From the IMG/VR virus record IMGVR_UViG_3300014204_005796, positions 42,710 to 106,709 of that record: DNA of 64,000 bases; one strand, written 5' to 3'. This document shows, piece by piece, positions 29,465-39,140 of the stretch. The stretch is from a virus. Taxonomy: Duplodnaviria; Caudoviricetes. The notes below the pieces were generated by a model that was not told where the DNA came from, did not search any database, and saw only the letters and a program-made list of their open reading frames with translations. The number at the start of each line of letters is the position of its first letter. Within the stretch, counting starts at the first letter, position 1. The position numbers and the translations under genes are program-made.

Positions 29465-30763
29465 TTACTTCACCTCCTGTAATGTGATATTCTTCGCCGC
29501 TTCTTCAGCCGCGTATAGCTCTTTCACTTTCTCCATTACTTCCAGCTTGAACGCATACGCCGGAGTATCTTTCTCCAGATGGTGCTCACCATTGCCGGCA
29601 TACGTGGTGCAGTCCCACATCTTTACTGTCTTGCCCGACCACGCCGTCTTCATGTTGGGCACACACGCAGCCAGGGTGGCGGCAAAGAGTTCCATGAACT
29701 CCTTCTTAAAGGTATAGAGCAAAGAGTTCGCGGCTGTACGTGCAGCCTTGTTCGCAGCTTGGTCGCCGGCTTTCTCCTCAAGGTGCACACTGCCAGTCCA
29801 GGAATTCTTCTCTTTTACCATTCTGCCTACGCCCAGCCTGTAGAATTCCTCCTGACCGCAGTAGTCGCTGTACTCCTTGGGGTCACAGACCTGATTAAGT
29901 ATCTTGTTCCCCTTCGGTGAGTACATTATCTCTACAGGAGACAGAGACATCGCGTTGAAGTGTACCTTGCCATGCTTGTTGAAATTCACCCTTAGGTGCA
30001 TATTTACTGAAGTCACGTCGTCTGCCACAGCCTTTAAGTTTGCAGGCAACACCTTGTATGCAGGAAGGGACTTGTAATCCAGCCTATCTATGTCTACGCG
30101 GAACGCCATGGATAAAGGCTCCTGCATGTATCCACCCGGGAAGTCCTTTGTGCCCTCGTTCATCTGCGCAATTATCTCTTTCACGCTGTCCACCATAGCC
30201 TGATACCGCACCTTAAGGTCTTCCGGCGCAGACGTCTTGGTGATATTGAGCTTCTGCACGGGCGCTACCATGTCCTTCTTGCACTCCAGCTGGATGTAAT
30301 CCATGACCTTACCAGGGAAGAAGCTGCCATAGTACCCTTCTCTGTTAGCAATTACCGTGCCAGGATGCTTAGCAAAGGTGACCTTTAACGCTTCCATGCA
30401 GCGGTCTATGAGCCCCTTTAATGTGGGCTCTATCATCTTATCAATGATGTTACGCGGGGAGTTACGCTGTAGTTTCTTTGACTTCTCATGCGCACCTCCG
30501 AGGGAGGCCATGAAGTGATTAATAGTCTCAAAGTCCGCCGCTCCTATCAGGTGCTTGATTGCTACTTCGGGATAGTGAAACAATGCGTACTTCATCACCT
30601 CCGTGTAGATACAGTTGTCAACTTCCTGCAGTCCTGCCAGAAGCAACTCCAAATCTGTGTCCGGGCCGATAAGCATAAGTACGTCCTGTGGTTCAAAGCT
30701 CTCATCATCTGTGTTGTCCTTGAGCATGTTCACGATTGTTGAAGCCGATAATGTATTAGCCAT
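29465..30763 (-). CDS. Paralog family member with shared N-terminal domain (ASTI...PDTD)
   Basis: SASTIVNMLKD...LIGPDTDLELLLAGL...YALFHYPE. Confidence 0.8.
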   Translation of the reverse strand: MANTLSASTIVNMLKDNTDDESFEPQDVLMLIGPDTDLELLLAGLQEVDNCIYTEVMKYALFHYPEVAIKHLIGAADFETINHFMASLGGAHEKSKKLQRNSPRNIIDKMIEPTLKGLIDRCMEALKVTFAKHPGTVIANREGYYGSFFPGKVMDYIQLECKKDMVAPVQKLNITKTSAPEDLKVRYQAMVDSVKEIIAQMNEGTKDFPGGYMQEPLSMAFRVDIDRLDYKSLPAYKVLPANLKAVADDVTSVNMHLRVNFNKHGKVHFNAMSLSPVEIMYSPKGNKILNQVCDPKEYSDYCGQEEFYRLGVGRMVKEKNSWTGSVHLEEKAGDQAANKAARTAANSLLYTFKKEFMELFAATLAACVPNMKTAWSGKTVKMWDCTTYAGNGEHHLEKDTPAYAFKLEVMEKVKELYAAEEAAKNITLQEVK

Positions 30764-30764
30764 G

Positions 30765-30938
30765 TTATATCACCTCCGACCAGGGTGTCAGTTCTTCGGG
30801 CTGTGCAAAGTACATCTCGCCCGCTGCGTCGCCATCAAGGAATACTACATTGATGTAGTTCTTTTCCAAGCCTATCACCTGCGACTTCTGTCCCATACAC
30901 TCTACCTCGTCATCTACCTTGAACGAATGCGCTTTCAT
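30765..30938 (-). CDS. 57-aa SH3/KOW-like protein
   Basis: Hand translation MKAHSFKVDDEVECMGQKSQVIG...; GGAGGTGA SD. Confidence 0.65.
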   Translation of the reverse strand: MKAHSFKVDDEVECMGQKSQVIGLEKNYINVVFLDGDAAGEMYFAQPEELTPWSEVI

Positions 30939-30958
30939 ACCATCACCTCCATGTGAGT

Positions 30959-31975
30959 TTACGCCTTAGCGTCTATGGGCGTTTTTGCAGTATCGCTGCC
31001 TTCGGCCTCTTTATCCAGCTGTTTCTGTCCTTCTTCCAAGATGAACTGCATGAACTTTCCCTTGTCCTTCTTCACGCCGTAGTTGCCTGAATCCTCCCCG
31101 AACATCACCTTCACCTTCATCATGTCAGGTGTGTGCAGGTCTTTGAACAAGAATGCTACAGCCTCTGCTTCCAGCTGTTCTTTCCAGCCTGAAGCGTCTA
31201 TCATCACCTTAGTGGTCTCACGTGTACCTGAAGCGTAACCTACCCCGACGTTGTACTGTAAGCAAAGTTTTTTCTTAACTACCTTTCCGAAAGCGATTAC
31301 TTCTATCTCAAGACGGTTTAACCTTTCTTTTAAATCAGCCTTGACTTTGTCATACATATATGACATACTCGACGCGGGGAATACTAACCTGAAGCTGAAC
31401 GCGTGATACTCTGGGTCTTTCTCGTACTCTGGCCTGCCCGCCCTGTCTGTCAGGAAGAGCTTCGTATCTAATACAGTAGGCCAGAGCTTCCTGAATTCCT
31501 CCACGGTTATAGCTGTAGTATGCCACGGGTCACGCCATGACTCAAAGAAGCCAAGCGTTAGGAATCTGTCCGCCATGGTGCCAAACATTCCCTTTGGGTC
31601 TGTCACCCCAATAGTGCCATACTTACGTATGCACGCCTGTGCTTTGTGAACGAAAGAGGTTTCGATGGCAGGTGTAAATATCTTCTCCATGTGTCTCGCC
31701 ACGACGCTCTCGCCGCCGATTAATTCTGTGAGCTGGTCTATCATACTCAAGTCTGTCAGTTCATGTAGAAACCTCTTGAAGTTCTCAGGCTGGTGGACTG
31801 CGGCGTACGCTGAGACTACATGTACGTAGTCAGCGTTCAACCACTTTAAATCTTCCTTGAACAGTCCCTTTAACATTAAGTAGCAGTCTGTGTCAGGCGT
31901 CATGAACGTAGCAAGTTCATTGGCGTCTGTCAGTTGGTTATCATTCATCATGTTAATGATTGTTGATGCGTCCAT
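30959..31975 (-). CDS. Paralog family member with shared N-terminal domain
   Basis: MDASTIINMMN...FMTPDTDCYLMLKGL...YAAVHQPE. Confidence 0.8.
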   Translation of the reverse strand: MDASTIINMMNDNQLTDANELATFMTPDTDCYLMLKGLFKEDLKWLNADYVHVVSAYAAVHQPENFKRFLHELTDLSMIDQLTELIGGESVVARHMEKIFTPAIETSFVHKAQACIRKYGTIGVTDPKGMFGTMADRFLTLGFFESWRDPWHTTAITVEEFRKLWPTVLDTKLFLTDRAGRPEYEKDPEYHAFSFRLVFPASSMSYMYDKVKADLKERLNRLEIEVIAFGKVVKKKLCLQYNVGVGYASGTRETTKVMIDASGWKEQLEAEAVAFLFKDLHTPDMMKVKVMFGEDSGNYGVKKDKGKFMQFILEEGQKQLDKEAEGSDTAKTPIDAKA

Positions 31976-32011
31976 GATTCATCACCTCGTTTCAGATTGT
32001 GATACGTGGAG

Positions 32012-33100
32012 TTACTTCGTACCCTCGGGACTGAGGGTACTGGAACTGACTTCCTGTTTCGGCAGAAGAGACAACAGGGCTTCAAGCGTGCTATAGCAGT
32101 CTATCACATGCTTGGGCTGTATCTTATCTTCCACTATTGCTTCATGCGGGAAGTCCTTGTGCAGAAGCGGTATCACTTCTTCATTAATATACAACGTGCC
32201 TGTGGGTATAATGGACTTCTTGGTGAAGCGCTTCCATTCCATGTCGATTGCTTTACCTACCCGCACAGTATTGAACGGAGCATTGTAATCCCCAGCGAGT
32301 GTCGCCTCACGTGTCCTGCCCAGATACAGCTTGTATGTTAACTCGTAGTGCTTGACCCGCCGTAACATTGTGTTGGTAGCCTTTGACCTGCTCTTTCCCT
32401 CAGCGTTCAGCAGGTCTATTACGTACTCAGCTGGTATGCACGTGGACTTTTCCACGAGTCCCAAGTTAGTTGCCTTGCCCGTGATGAGCACGTCAGTCTT
32501 AAACGCATAGAGCTCATCTAAGAACCTGTCCTTGCTTACGAAAACCTTTTCAGGACATGGCGCTTCTTCGGTCTTCGCATTCTTGTATGGTGTAGGTTTC
32601 TCTCTGACCTCAGGAAAGAACTTCTCACGGGAGATGTAGTTAGGGTAAACCTTTCTTATGAATTCCCGCACAGAACTGCCGTCTGTCAGGCAGTTGGCAT
32701 AGTGCGCAAGGTTTACTATCGGAAGAGTGAACTGTGCGCACACCTTCTTTATATCTTCCTCCCAGTTATCCTTCCAATAGTTTATGGCTACCTCTCCGAA
32801 TGTACCTGCCAGTACCTTGGGGAATCCCTCCAGCATCTGGTTGATGAACTGGTGTGCTACTGACTGTGAGCGTGGCAGTGTCTTCGTGAACTGCCGCAGG
32901 ACTGCAGGACACTTAACCGCAGCGTACCTGTAGAACTCCAGCTGAATGGCTGTATCCTTCACGTGCTTTTGCACCCCATCCAACAAGAGAGCCATGTCGG
33001 TTGTGTCATCTATCAGGGAGAGTACTGCCGCGGGAGAGAGCCCCGACCTGAACTCCTCATTCCACGTCTGCATTACCATCATGATGCTTGATGCGTCCAT
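32012..33100 (-). CDS. Paralog family member with shared N-terminal domain
   Basis: MDASSIMMVMQ...LIDDTTDMALLLDGV...YAAVKCPA. Confidence 0.8.
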   Translation of the reverse strand: MDASSIMMVMQTWNEEFRSGLSPAAVLSLIDDTTDMALLLDGVQKHVKDTAIQLEFYRYAAVKCPAVLRQFTKTLPRSQSVAHQFINQMLEGFPKVLAGTFGEVAINYWKDNWEEDIKKVCAQFTLPIVNLAHYANCLTDGSSVREFIRKVYPNYISREKFFPEVREKPTPYKNAKTEEAPCPEKVFVSKDRFLDELYAFKTDVLITGKATNLGLVEKSTCIPAEYVIDLLNAEGKSRSKATNTMLRRVKHYELTYKLYLGRTREATLAGDYNAPFNTVRVGKAIDMEWKRFTKKSIIPTGTLYINEEVIPLLHKDFPHEAIVEDKIQPKHVIDCYSTLEALLSLLPKQEVSSSTLSPEGTK

Positions 33101-33101
33101 G

Positions 33102-33347
33102 TTACTTCACCTCCTTATATTTAATCTTACCTATCTTTATAACCTTGCCAGCAAGTACTGTGCCGTTGCCTATCACCTCGCCTGTCCACCTGTCCGTGAG
33201 CGAAACCTCTTTCGGATCAAACATATCCAGCTGAACGTTGATGCCATGCGACTCAAGAAGACTCTGATGCACGCATCGCCCGTCAGCAATGACTGTACCT
33301 GCGCCTCCTGCGACAAACTCAGCAGGTGTAATCTTATACTTTTTCAT
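33102..33347 (-). CDS. Hypothetical protein
   Basis: ORF in operon. Confidence 0.65.
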   Translation of the reverse strand: MKKYKITPAEFVAGGAGTVIADGRCVHQSLLESHGINVQLDMFDPKEVSLTDRWTGEVIGNGTVLAGKVIKIGKIKYKEVK

Positions 33348-34314
33348 GTGCCTCCGCCTCCTTTTGCGCCAACGTATCCCGCATTACTTTCTCTATCTCT
33401 TCGTAGTTTATGCGCCCCCACTGATACTCCAGATTAAACACCCTCTTTGCTTTCAGCTGAATCTTAGAAGGGAACGCCTGTGCCTGCAGCCATGCGGCAA
33501 GTTCCTTGTGTGCTACTGCGCTCATCTGTACCGTTACTCTGTATTTACCTACGCAGACTGCCGTCCAATTAGCTAGGTTTAACGTAACTGTATTCTGCTT
33601 AATATGTATGTTATTAGTAAACCGAACAGCTATACTTGTGCCGATTTGTAACTGGTTGTGCTCGGACGTTTCCTTGAGTGTGTCCGATGAAAATATCTTC
33701 TCGGCAAGAGTAGGTGTGATGAATATATCAGTTGTTCTACCTAAGTCAAAAGGAATAATCATATCCCATTCTTTTGCCGTGTATTCCTTTACGTCCTTGA
33801 CGAAGCGGTCAAGTTTGTACTGTACTGAGTTCATGTAGAATGAAGCAAGTCTGAGCTTGCTGTCGTTGGTACGCCCGCCACCTATGGATAGGACATTCAA
33901 CTGCTCATAATTCCCCGCTATCTCTTTTATCTTTGCCTTGACCTTTGAAGCCACGTCGGTGTGCATGAACTTGTCAAGAGCCTGCACCCTCTTTAACGCC
34001 TTATCCAAAAGCATGCGCGATGTTTCAAGGTCAAGAAGCTTCTGTGTGTACGTCGGGGAGTTTGTCTCGGCGTAGTACAGAAGAAAGCCGAGCATCTCGT
34101 CAGGGCGTGCGCCGTAGAAGAATGGTGTTACGTTATCTCTCTCGTTCCACTCCAAGTGTTCTACTGCCTTGTACTGTTGTACGAGCCCACCATATAGTAC
34201 ATCGAGCTCTGTATCAGGGGACAGGAACAAAGGCCACATCTGTCCGCAGGTCTCACCTACTTTGTACCCGCCCCGCAGACTTTCTACCGCCATAAGTATC
34301 GACGATGCATTCAT
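33334..34314 (-). CDS. Paralog family member with shared N-terminal domain
   Basis: MNASSILMAVES...FLSPDTELDVLYGGL...YYAETNSP. Confidence 0.8.
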   Translation of the reverse strand: MNASSILMAVESLRGGYKVGETCGQMWPLFLSPDTELDVLYGGLVQQYKAVEHLEWNERDNVTPFFYGARPDEMLGFLLYYAETNSPTYTQKLLDLETSRMLLDKALKRVQALDKFMHTDVASKVKAKIKEIAGNYEQLNVLSIGGGRTNDSKLRLASFYMNSVQYKLDRFVKDVKEYTAKEWDMIIPFDLGRTTDIFITPTLAEKIFSSDTLKETSEHNQLQIGTSIAVRFTNNIHIKQNTVTLNLANWTAVCVGKYRVTVQMSAVAHKELAAWLQAQAFPSKIQLKAKRVFNLEYQWGRINYEEIEKVMRDTLAQKEAEAHEKV

Positions 34315-34327
34315 GTTACATCACCTC

Positions 34328-34630
34328 CTATAGAGTTACTTTAAGTTTGGGATTCTTTACGTCCTGAAGAGTAACCTTGTTTGTCGCTGCGCTCACGTCA
34401 TAATCCTTTTCGGGGTCGTAGCACTCTTCGCACACAGAGAAGTACTTGTGTGTGTATACCACAGCGTCCCCTGCTACTCTCTTACCGCACCCGCCATCGC
34501 ACTTGCAAGTAGCTTTAGCCTTCACGACAGCAGACTTTACTACTGCGTACAACAGCTCGCCGAACTTCATTAACATAACATCTTCTTGGTACTGTGTGAC
34601 AGTTGACTTCTTTAACTCTTTTCCTTTCAT
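34328..34630 (-). CDS. Zn-finger protein
   Basis: CKCDGGCG...CEEC. Confidence 0.6.
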   Translation of the reverse strand: MKGKELKKSTVTQYQEDVMLMKFGELLYAVVKSAVVKAKATCKCDGGCGKRVAGDAVVYTHKYFSVCEECYDPEKDYDVSAATNKVTLQDVKNPKLKVTL

Positions 34631-34839
34631 TGTATCACCTCAGTTAAGAACGCAGATGACTGCACTCCGATTAGGGATATTCACGTTGACATATCCTTCG
34701 TACTTGGTAAACTTCTTTCCCTGTCCGCATACCTCATTGAGCCGCGCCGCCTTGAGAGCGTACTTAATCTCATCATCTATATCCGCAGGATTGACGTACA
34801 CATACGTTGGAAGCTCTTTCTTTCTTTTTGTCTGCCATG

Positions 34840-35166
34840 TTAGCACCTCGCTAAGGCCATAATGGCCAAGAATGCACAAGCTAGCTTCGTATAAAAGAAA
34901 GCCCAGCCTATCCAAGGCAACCACGCAGGGAACCTGAACGCATTCTTGCCTTTCTTTTCCTGTTCACGTACGTACCGCTGTAGCAACAGAGTCTGCCATA
35001 GATACTGAAGCAGACTCACCGCAAGTATCAGCAACCCATAGTGGACGTACACGGGCTTGCCTACCAGCGTGCCGAGTATGAACAGAAGCCCTGCGAACAC
35101 ATGCACCAGATACGACGCCTTGCTTGAGTAGTAATCTACGCTTTCCCATGCCTTTTGAATTTTCAT
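34840..35166 (-). CDS. Membrane protein
   Basis: Three hydrophobic segments. Confidence 0.65.
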   Translation of the reverse strand: MKIQKAWESVDYYSSKASYLVHVFAGLLFILGTLVGKPVYVHYGLLILAVSLLQYLWQTLLLQRYVREQEKKGKNAFRFPAWLPWIGWAFFYTKLACAFLAIMALARC

Positions 35167-35186
35167 CTCTGTGTTACCTCCTTTCA

Positions 35187-35681
35187 CTATTCGAATCTCG
35201 GCCTAAAGGCCGGTTTTTGAGAATCGCTGCCATCGCTGGTGCTCTGGGCTTCTTCATACGCCCCGCCTTTGGCTGTCAACATACTGAAGCCTTTAGCAGT
35301 CCGCTTCTTCATCATGTTAAGGATAGCGTGTACACGACCCACAGATATGTCCTTGGTCGTGTACTTCTTCCTGTCAACACGTGTCTTTAACTTCCACCCT
35401 GTCTGCGGGTCTTTCCACAGTTCACGCATGTTAGCGTTCCACGATGTGTAAACAGGAATGATGTAGGGCACGGGGTTCTGATACGGTTGCTTAATAGCAT
35501 TGTGGTGGTCATAGAACTGCTCAAGCCCAAGTACCAGAGAGGATACAGCCATGGTCTTTAGGGCACCAAGGTATATCTTGCCCATATAAGTCTTGCCCTC
35601 TCTCTTGATGACTCCTGAGTCAAAGCCAATAGCATGCTGGTCTATTACTGAGTCCTGCTGTTCCTGCTCAAAGATACTCAT
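35187..35681 (-). CDS. Hypothetical protein, SxxxFxxE-motif family
   Basis: MAVSSLVLGLEQ. Confidence 0.75.
   Translation of the reverse strand: MSIFEQEQQDSVIDQHAIGFDSGVIKREGKTYMGKIYLGALKTMAVSSLVLGLEQFYDHHNAIKQPYQNPVPYIIPVYTSWNANMRELWKDPQTGWKLKTRVDRKKYTTKDISVGRVHAILNMMKKRTAKGFSMLTAKGGAYEEAQSTSDGSDSQKPAFRPRFE
35206..35231. repeat. Dispersed oriented repeat, copy 4
   Basis: aaggccggtttttgagaatcgctgcc. Confidence 0.65.
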
Positions 35682-35851
35682 CTCATCACCTCCCTGTTAT
35701 GTGTATGCGCAACAGTATATCAAGTATCCTGCTGCGTGTAGGTATGTTGCGTTCTAACCATAACCAGTGCTTAGGCTTTAATCTAAGCACGTACAACACA
35801 AAGAACCTGTCCACTTTGATAATAAACCATGCTAGTTTGCGTATCATCTCA

Positions 35852-36196
35852 TCACCTCGCGTATGTTACGTCGAACGTCAGGCGTAACGTGTTAGGTTTC
35901 CGTGCATGGCTGTACTTAAGCACAAGTTCCTTTGACTCTGTCCTGTGCATGTCGCTGGTCTTCAGGCATATCCTGTTGATGACTATACCGAACTCCAAAA
36001 GCTTCACGCAGTGGTCTTCCTTGTCCTTGTCTATCTCTACAGCCTTCTCAATGATGAAGCACATCACCGACGGTGAAACCTTTGCGTTCATCATCACGTC
36101 GATGTGGTTGCTGTTCGGACGTGATGTCACCGTAACTCCTGCGACTCCTGCCAGACCTGTCTCTCTTAACAACCTCTCGCCAATAGTCTCGGGCAT
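35852..36196 (-). CDS. Hypothetical protein, SxxxFxxE-motif family
   Basis: VSPSVMCFIIEK. Confidence 0.75.
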   Translation of the reverse strand: MPETIGERLLRETGLAGVAGVTVTSRPNSNHIDVMMNAKVSPSVMCFIIEKAVEIDKDKEDHCVKLLEFGIVINRICLKTSDMHRTESKELVLKYSHARKPNTLRLTFDVTYAR

Positions 36197-36198
36197 GG

Positions 36199-36579
36199 CT
36201 ACGCCTCCTTCCAGTTTATATATTCATCTTTCCTGTGTCCACCTATTACCTTAACGATGTAGTCTGCATGGTCGTCCACAAAGAACTCAATACGGCAGTT
36301 CCTAAGCTCAGGGCACTTTGTAAGTATCTGTTCGCCTAACATCCTGTACGTTGATGACGCCATGGCAGTCTTAGGGTACACTACCACCCAGAAGAACTCT
36401 TCTGTGTTGCCCACGCCTTGAATGTTTGACGCAATCTGGTATCTATGCGTAAAGTTGTGCTCAAGTTCAACCTGTACATCCTCGTATGAGACCAGAGCCA
36501 GCTGAGCAATTTGCTCAGCCAGCTTGCCAACGAGGGACAGTTCTCGATTAAGTTCCTCAATGTCCCTGTTAGTTTTCAT
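36199..36579 (-). CDS. Hypothetical protein, SxxxFxxE-motif family (variant)
   Basis: MASSTYRMLGEQ; ATGA-coupled to the vWA gene. Confidence 0.7.
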   Translation of the reverse strand: MKTNRDIEELNRELSLVGKLAEQIAQLALVSYEDVQVELEHNFTHRYQIASNIQGVGNTEEFFWVVVYPKTAMASSTYRMLGEQILTKCPELRNCRIEFFVDDHADYIVKVIGGHRKDEYINWKEA

Positions 36580-37922
36580 TTTGTTTTCTCCTCCACTTCC
36601 ATTGTGTCAGGATTTATCTGCACGTTAATCCACGGCTTACGTGCATTGTCATTGTGCACAAGGTTGTGTGTCGTGAACACAACCATGATTGAATCCTTTG
36701 GCCCAGCAGTCACGTCAGGTATCTCACCGTCAGTGAGTAGGACAAAGTTCGTCTTAACGTTACGCTCTTTCTCTTCTATGTCCTGAAACATCTGGAGCAT
36801 GGGATTCAAGTCAGTGCCCCCGAGACCTGGAACGAACTTGGGAATCTCTTCCCCTTTCTTAACGATGTGCTTAATCTCAGTGTCGCAGTACACGACTGCT
36901 TCGAACTGAGGAAGCGCCATGACGTACCCGAGGAAGCCTTCAACATACTGGTCGCAGGAACCTGAGCAGTCAATACCCACATATATCTTGAACTCTTCTG
37001 TTCTCTTACGGGGAATGTAAGTCTTGATTCCCTGTATGTGGATACGCCTGTTAGGTCTGTCGAACCTGCTCTTCTTCCTGTATATCATCGGGTCAAGCAC
37101 TTCTTTAAACGGGAACTGCCTGCGTACGATGTCCATAAGCTTCCTTACGAACGCACCCGTTACTGAACCGTACTGCTCGTTCTTGGCAGCCTTCTGCATC
37201 TGGTCAAGTACCTGCTTGATTTCCCCGTCCATGTTCTTGGGGTCAAGCGAGTTGTCATGCTCGTCTATCCTGTTGCCATTGAGCTTGTCAGCCAGTTCGT
37301 CACCGCCAACGGGCGTTTTTCCAGAACCGCTGCCACCGCTGGCCACCAGCGTGTATTTCTTCCCCGACTTCATTGACTTCTCAAACAACGCATATATCTC
37401 ATCAGCTGTTAAGTCATCAACGTCTTTGCTTGTCTCGATGACCCCGTCTGCTTTCAGGCTCTCGACTGTGATGCCGATAGTCCTGCCGTCCTGCACCGGC
37501 ATCTCGACTGCACTTGAGTAGTACTTGTTCAGCAGGGAGTTAATCATTGCGTCAATCGCAATGTTCCACACACGCGGGTCATCAAACCGTGTTGACTCAC
37601 CACAGTTGTGTGAGAGCAGGATGTGTCCCGCTTCATGTGCAATGATGTACATCTGCTGACGCACTGAGAACTGATGAAGCTTCGAGAGAGCCAACGCCAT
37701 GAACAACTTGCGCGGGTCTTCAGGATGTGCCTCATCCCTCTTCGTGCCAACACACGCAAGGAACTCATCCTTCGGGTCTTTGGGTATGTACTCCTGCATT
37801 GTAATCAGCAAGAGTATTTCCATGAAGAAGCGAAGCTCTGAGTTGTTAGCGAAGTGTTCCATAGGCAAGGCGTCTCTGACTGCGTCGCCTGACTTTGCCT
37901 TCAGATGGTCTCTTAGTTCCAT
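36576..37922 (-). CDS. HExxH metallopeptidase-like + vWA domain protein (DUF2201-type)
   Basis: HEAGH, WNIAIDAMIN, MIDAS DCSGS, GGTD, TDG. Confidence 0.88.
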   Translation of the reverse strand: MELRDHLKAKSGDAVRDALPMEHFANNSELRFFMEILLLITMQEYIPKDPKDEFLACVGTKRDEAHPEDPRKLFMALALSKLHQFSVRQQMYIIAHEAGHILLSHNCGESTRFDDPRVWNIAIDAMINSLLNKYYSSAVEMPVQDGRTIGITVESLKADGVIETSKDVDDLTADEIYALFEKSMKSGKKYTLVASGGSGSGKTPVGGDELADKLNGNRIDEHDNSLDPKNMDGEIKQVLDQMQKAAKNEQYGSVTGAFVRKLMDIVRRQFPFKEVLDPMIYRKKSRFDRPNRRIHIQGIKTYIPRKRTEEFKIYVGIDCSGSCDQYVEGFLGYVMALPQFEAVVYCDTEIKHIVKKGEEIPKFVPGLGGTDLNPMLQMFQDIEEKERNVKTNFVLLTDGEIPDVTAGPKDSIMVVFTTHNLVHNDNARKPWINVQINPDTMEVEEKTK

Positions 37923-37941
37923 GACTGTGCTCCTTTCGTAT

Positions 37942-37961
37942 GGGGCAGGTTGCCCTGCCCC
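37942..37961 (-). other. Intergenic GC hairpin between the MoxR and vWA genes
   Basis: GGGGCAGG-GCAA-CCTGCCCC; no U-tract. Confidence 0.6.
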
Positions 37962-37976
37962 GCGGATTTGTTTCTC

Positions 37977-39128
37977 TTACTTGGTCTTCGAAGGCGCCTT
38001 GCTTATCTCTTCCTTCATAAGTGTGTCGAAGTACTTGGACAACTTCTGACCCTTGCACGAGCACTTGTCAAACACCATCGGCTGACGTGCACCGAACTGA
38101 CGCATGAAGCTCGTGACAACTTCCACGGTCTTCTCTGTGTCAACCAGCTTGTCAATGAACTTTTCCATTGACTTCTGGAGTTCTGCCCTGTCCTCTTCCT
38201 TGGTCAGTATCATTCCCGCAGGGAGCACGATATCCAGAACGTCATTGAGTGCCTGTTTCTTTTTCAGTGGGTTGTTATTGTTCTTCGTGTACTGTGCCCA
38301 CGCCTTCTGCTTCAAGTCCCACAGGTCTGTAGGATTGATGATGGCATCGCCTACCCACGACTCCAACAAGACGACCGTAGTCGGTGACAGGATACCCTTG
38401 GCAAGGTTCAGTATCTCTGAAGCGTCATTGACCTCGTCGAACTTCAATGCCTTGACAAGCATGTCAAGCTGTGACCACCCACGCGGGTTAGTCCACGGTT
38501 CGAACGGATGTCCCTTGACAGGCGGAACATAGAACGCCTTCGTGTCATACGCCTTGACGAAGTTCTCAATGAACTTCACAGGCTTCTGGTACGCTATCCA
38601 CTCCGTCACCTCAGGTGTACGCATTCCGTAAATGAATCCCCTGCCTCCTGTCAATGCCGAAGAGAATGCTCTGGCAAACGTGCCGTCCTCCCCGCCCATA
38701 TTACCGCTGAACACAAAGAATGTTTTGGCGGGTAAGTGTTCGTCGTCTATTATCTTCTGCCATACAACGTCGAGCACTGCACCTTGCACGTCTTCAGCCG
38801 CGAGTGTCGCCTCGTCAAAGTGCACGAGTGCTCCCGCTTTCTTTCCTGTGTTGCCTGCGTCGATTGCCCTCTTCCAGAACCACGGTAACTTCCACTTCGT
38901 GTACTCACCGCTCACATCAGGAATGCCCTTGATGTCGTACGGCTCTACACGTCCGAGTGATATCGGAATGTATTCCATGCCCATCTCTGTTGCCGCTTCG
39001 CTGATGGCGAACGACTTGCCGATACCAGGGTCTCCGAAAATCATTACTGTGGGCGGGCATGCTGTAGCACCGAACTGTTTCAAAAGCCTCTTCAATCCTT
39101 CCGCGGTTAACATCTTTAACTGTGCCAT
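37977..39128 (-). CDS. MoxR-type AAA+ ATPase
   Basis: Walker A GDPGIGKS, DIKGIP, Walker B VHFDE, NPRGW; adjacent to its vWA partner. Confidence 0.88.
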   Translation of the reverse strand: MAQLKMLTAEGLKRLLKQFGATACPPTVMIFGDPGIGKSFAISEAATEMGMEYIPISLGRVEPYDIKGIPDVSGEYTKWKLPWFWKRAIDAGNTGKKAGALVHFDEATLAAEDVQGAVLDVVWQKIIDDEHLPAKTFFVFSGNMGGEDGTFARAFSSALTGGRGFIYGMRTPEVTEWIAYQKPVKFIENFVKAYDTKAFYVPPVKGHPFEPWTNPRGWSQLDMLVKALKFDEVNDASEILNLAKGILSPTTVVLLESWVGDAIINPTDLWDLKQKAWAQYTKNNNNPLKKKQALNDVLDIVLPAGMILTKEEDRAELQKSMEKFIDKLVDTEKTVEVVTSFMRQFGARQPMVFDKCSCKGQKLSKYFDTLMKEEISKAPSKTK

Positions 39129-39140
39129 GTCTGTGACCTC

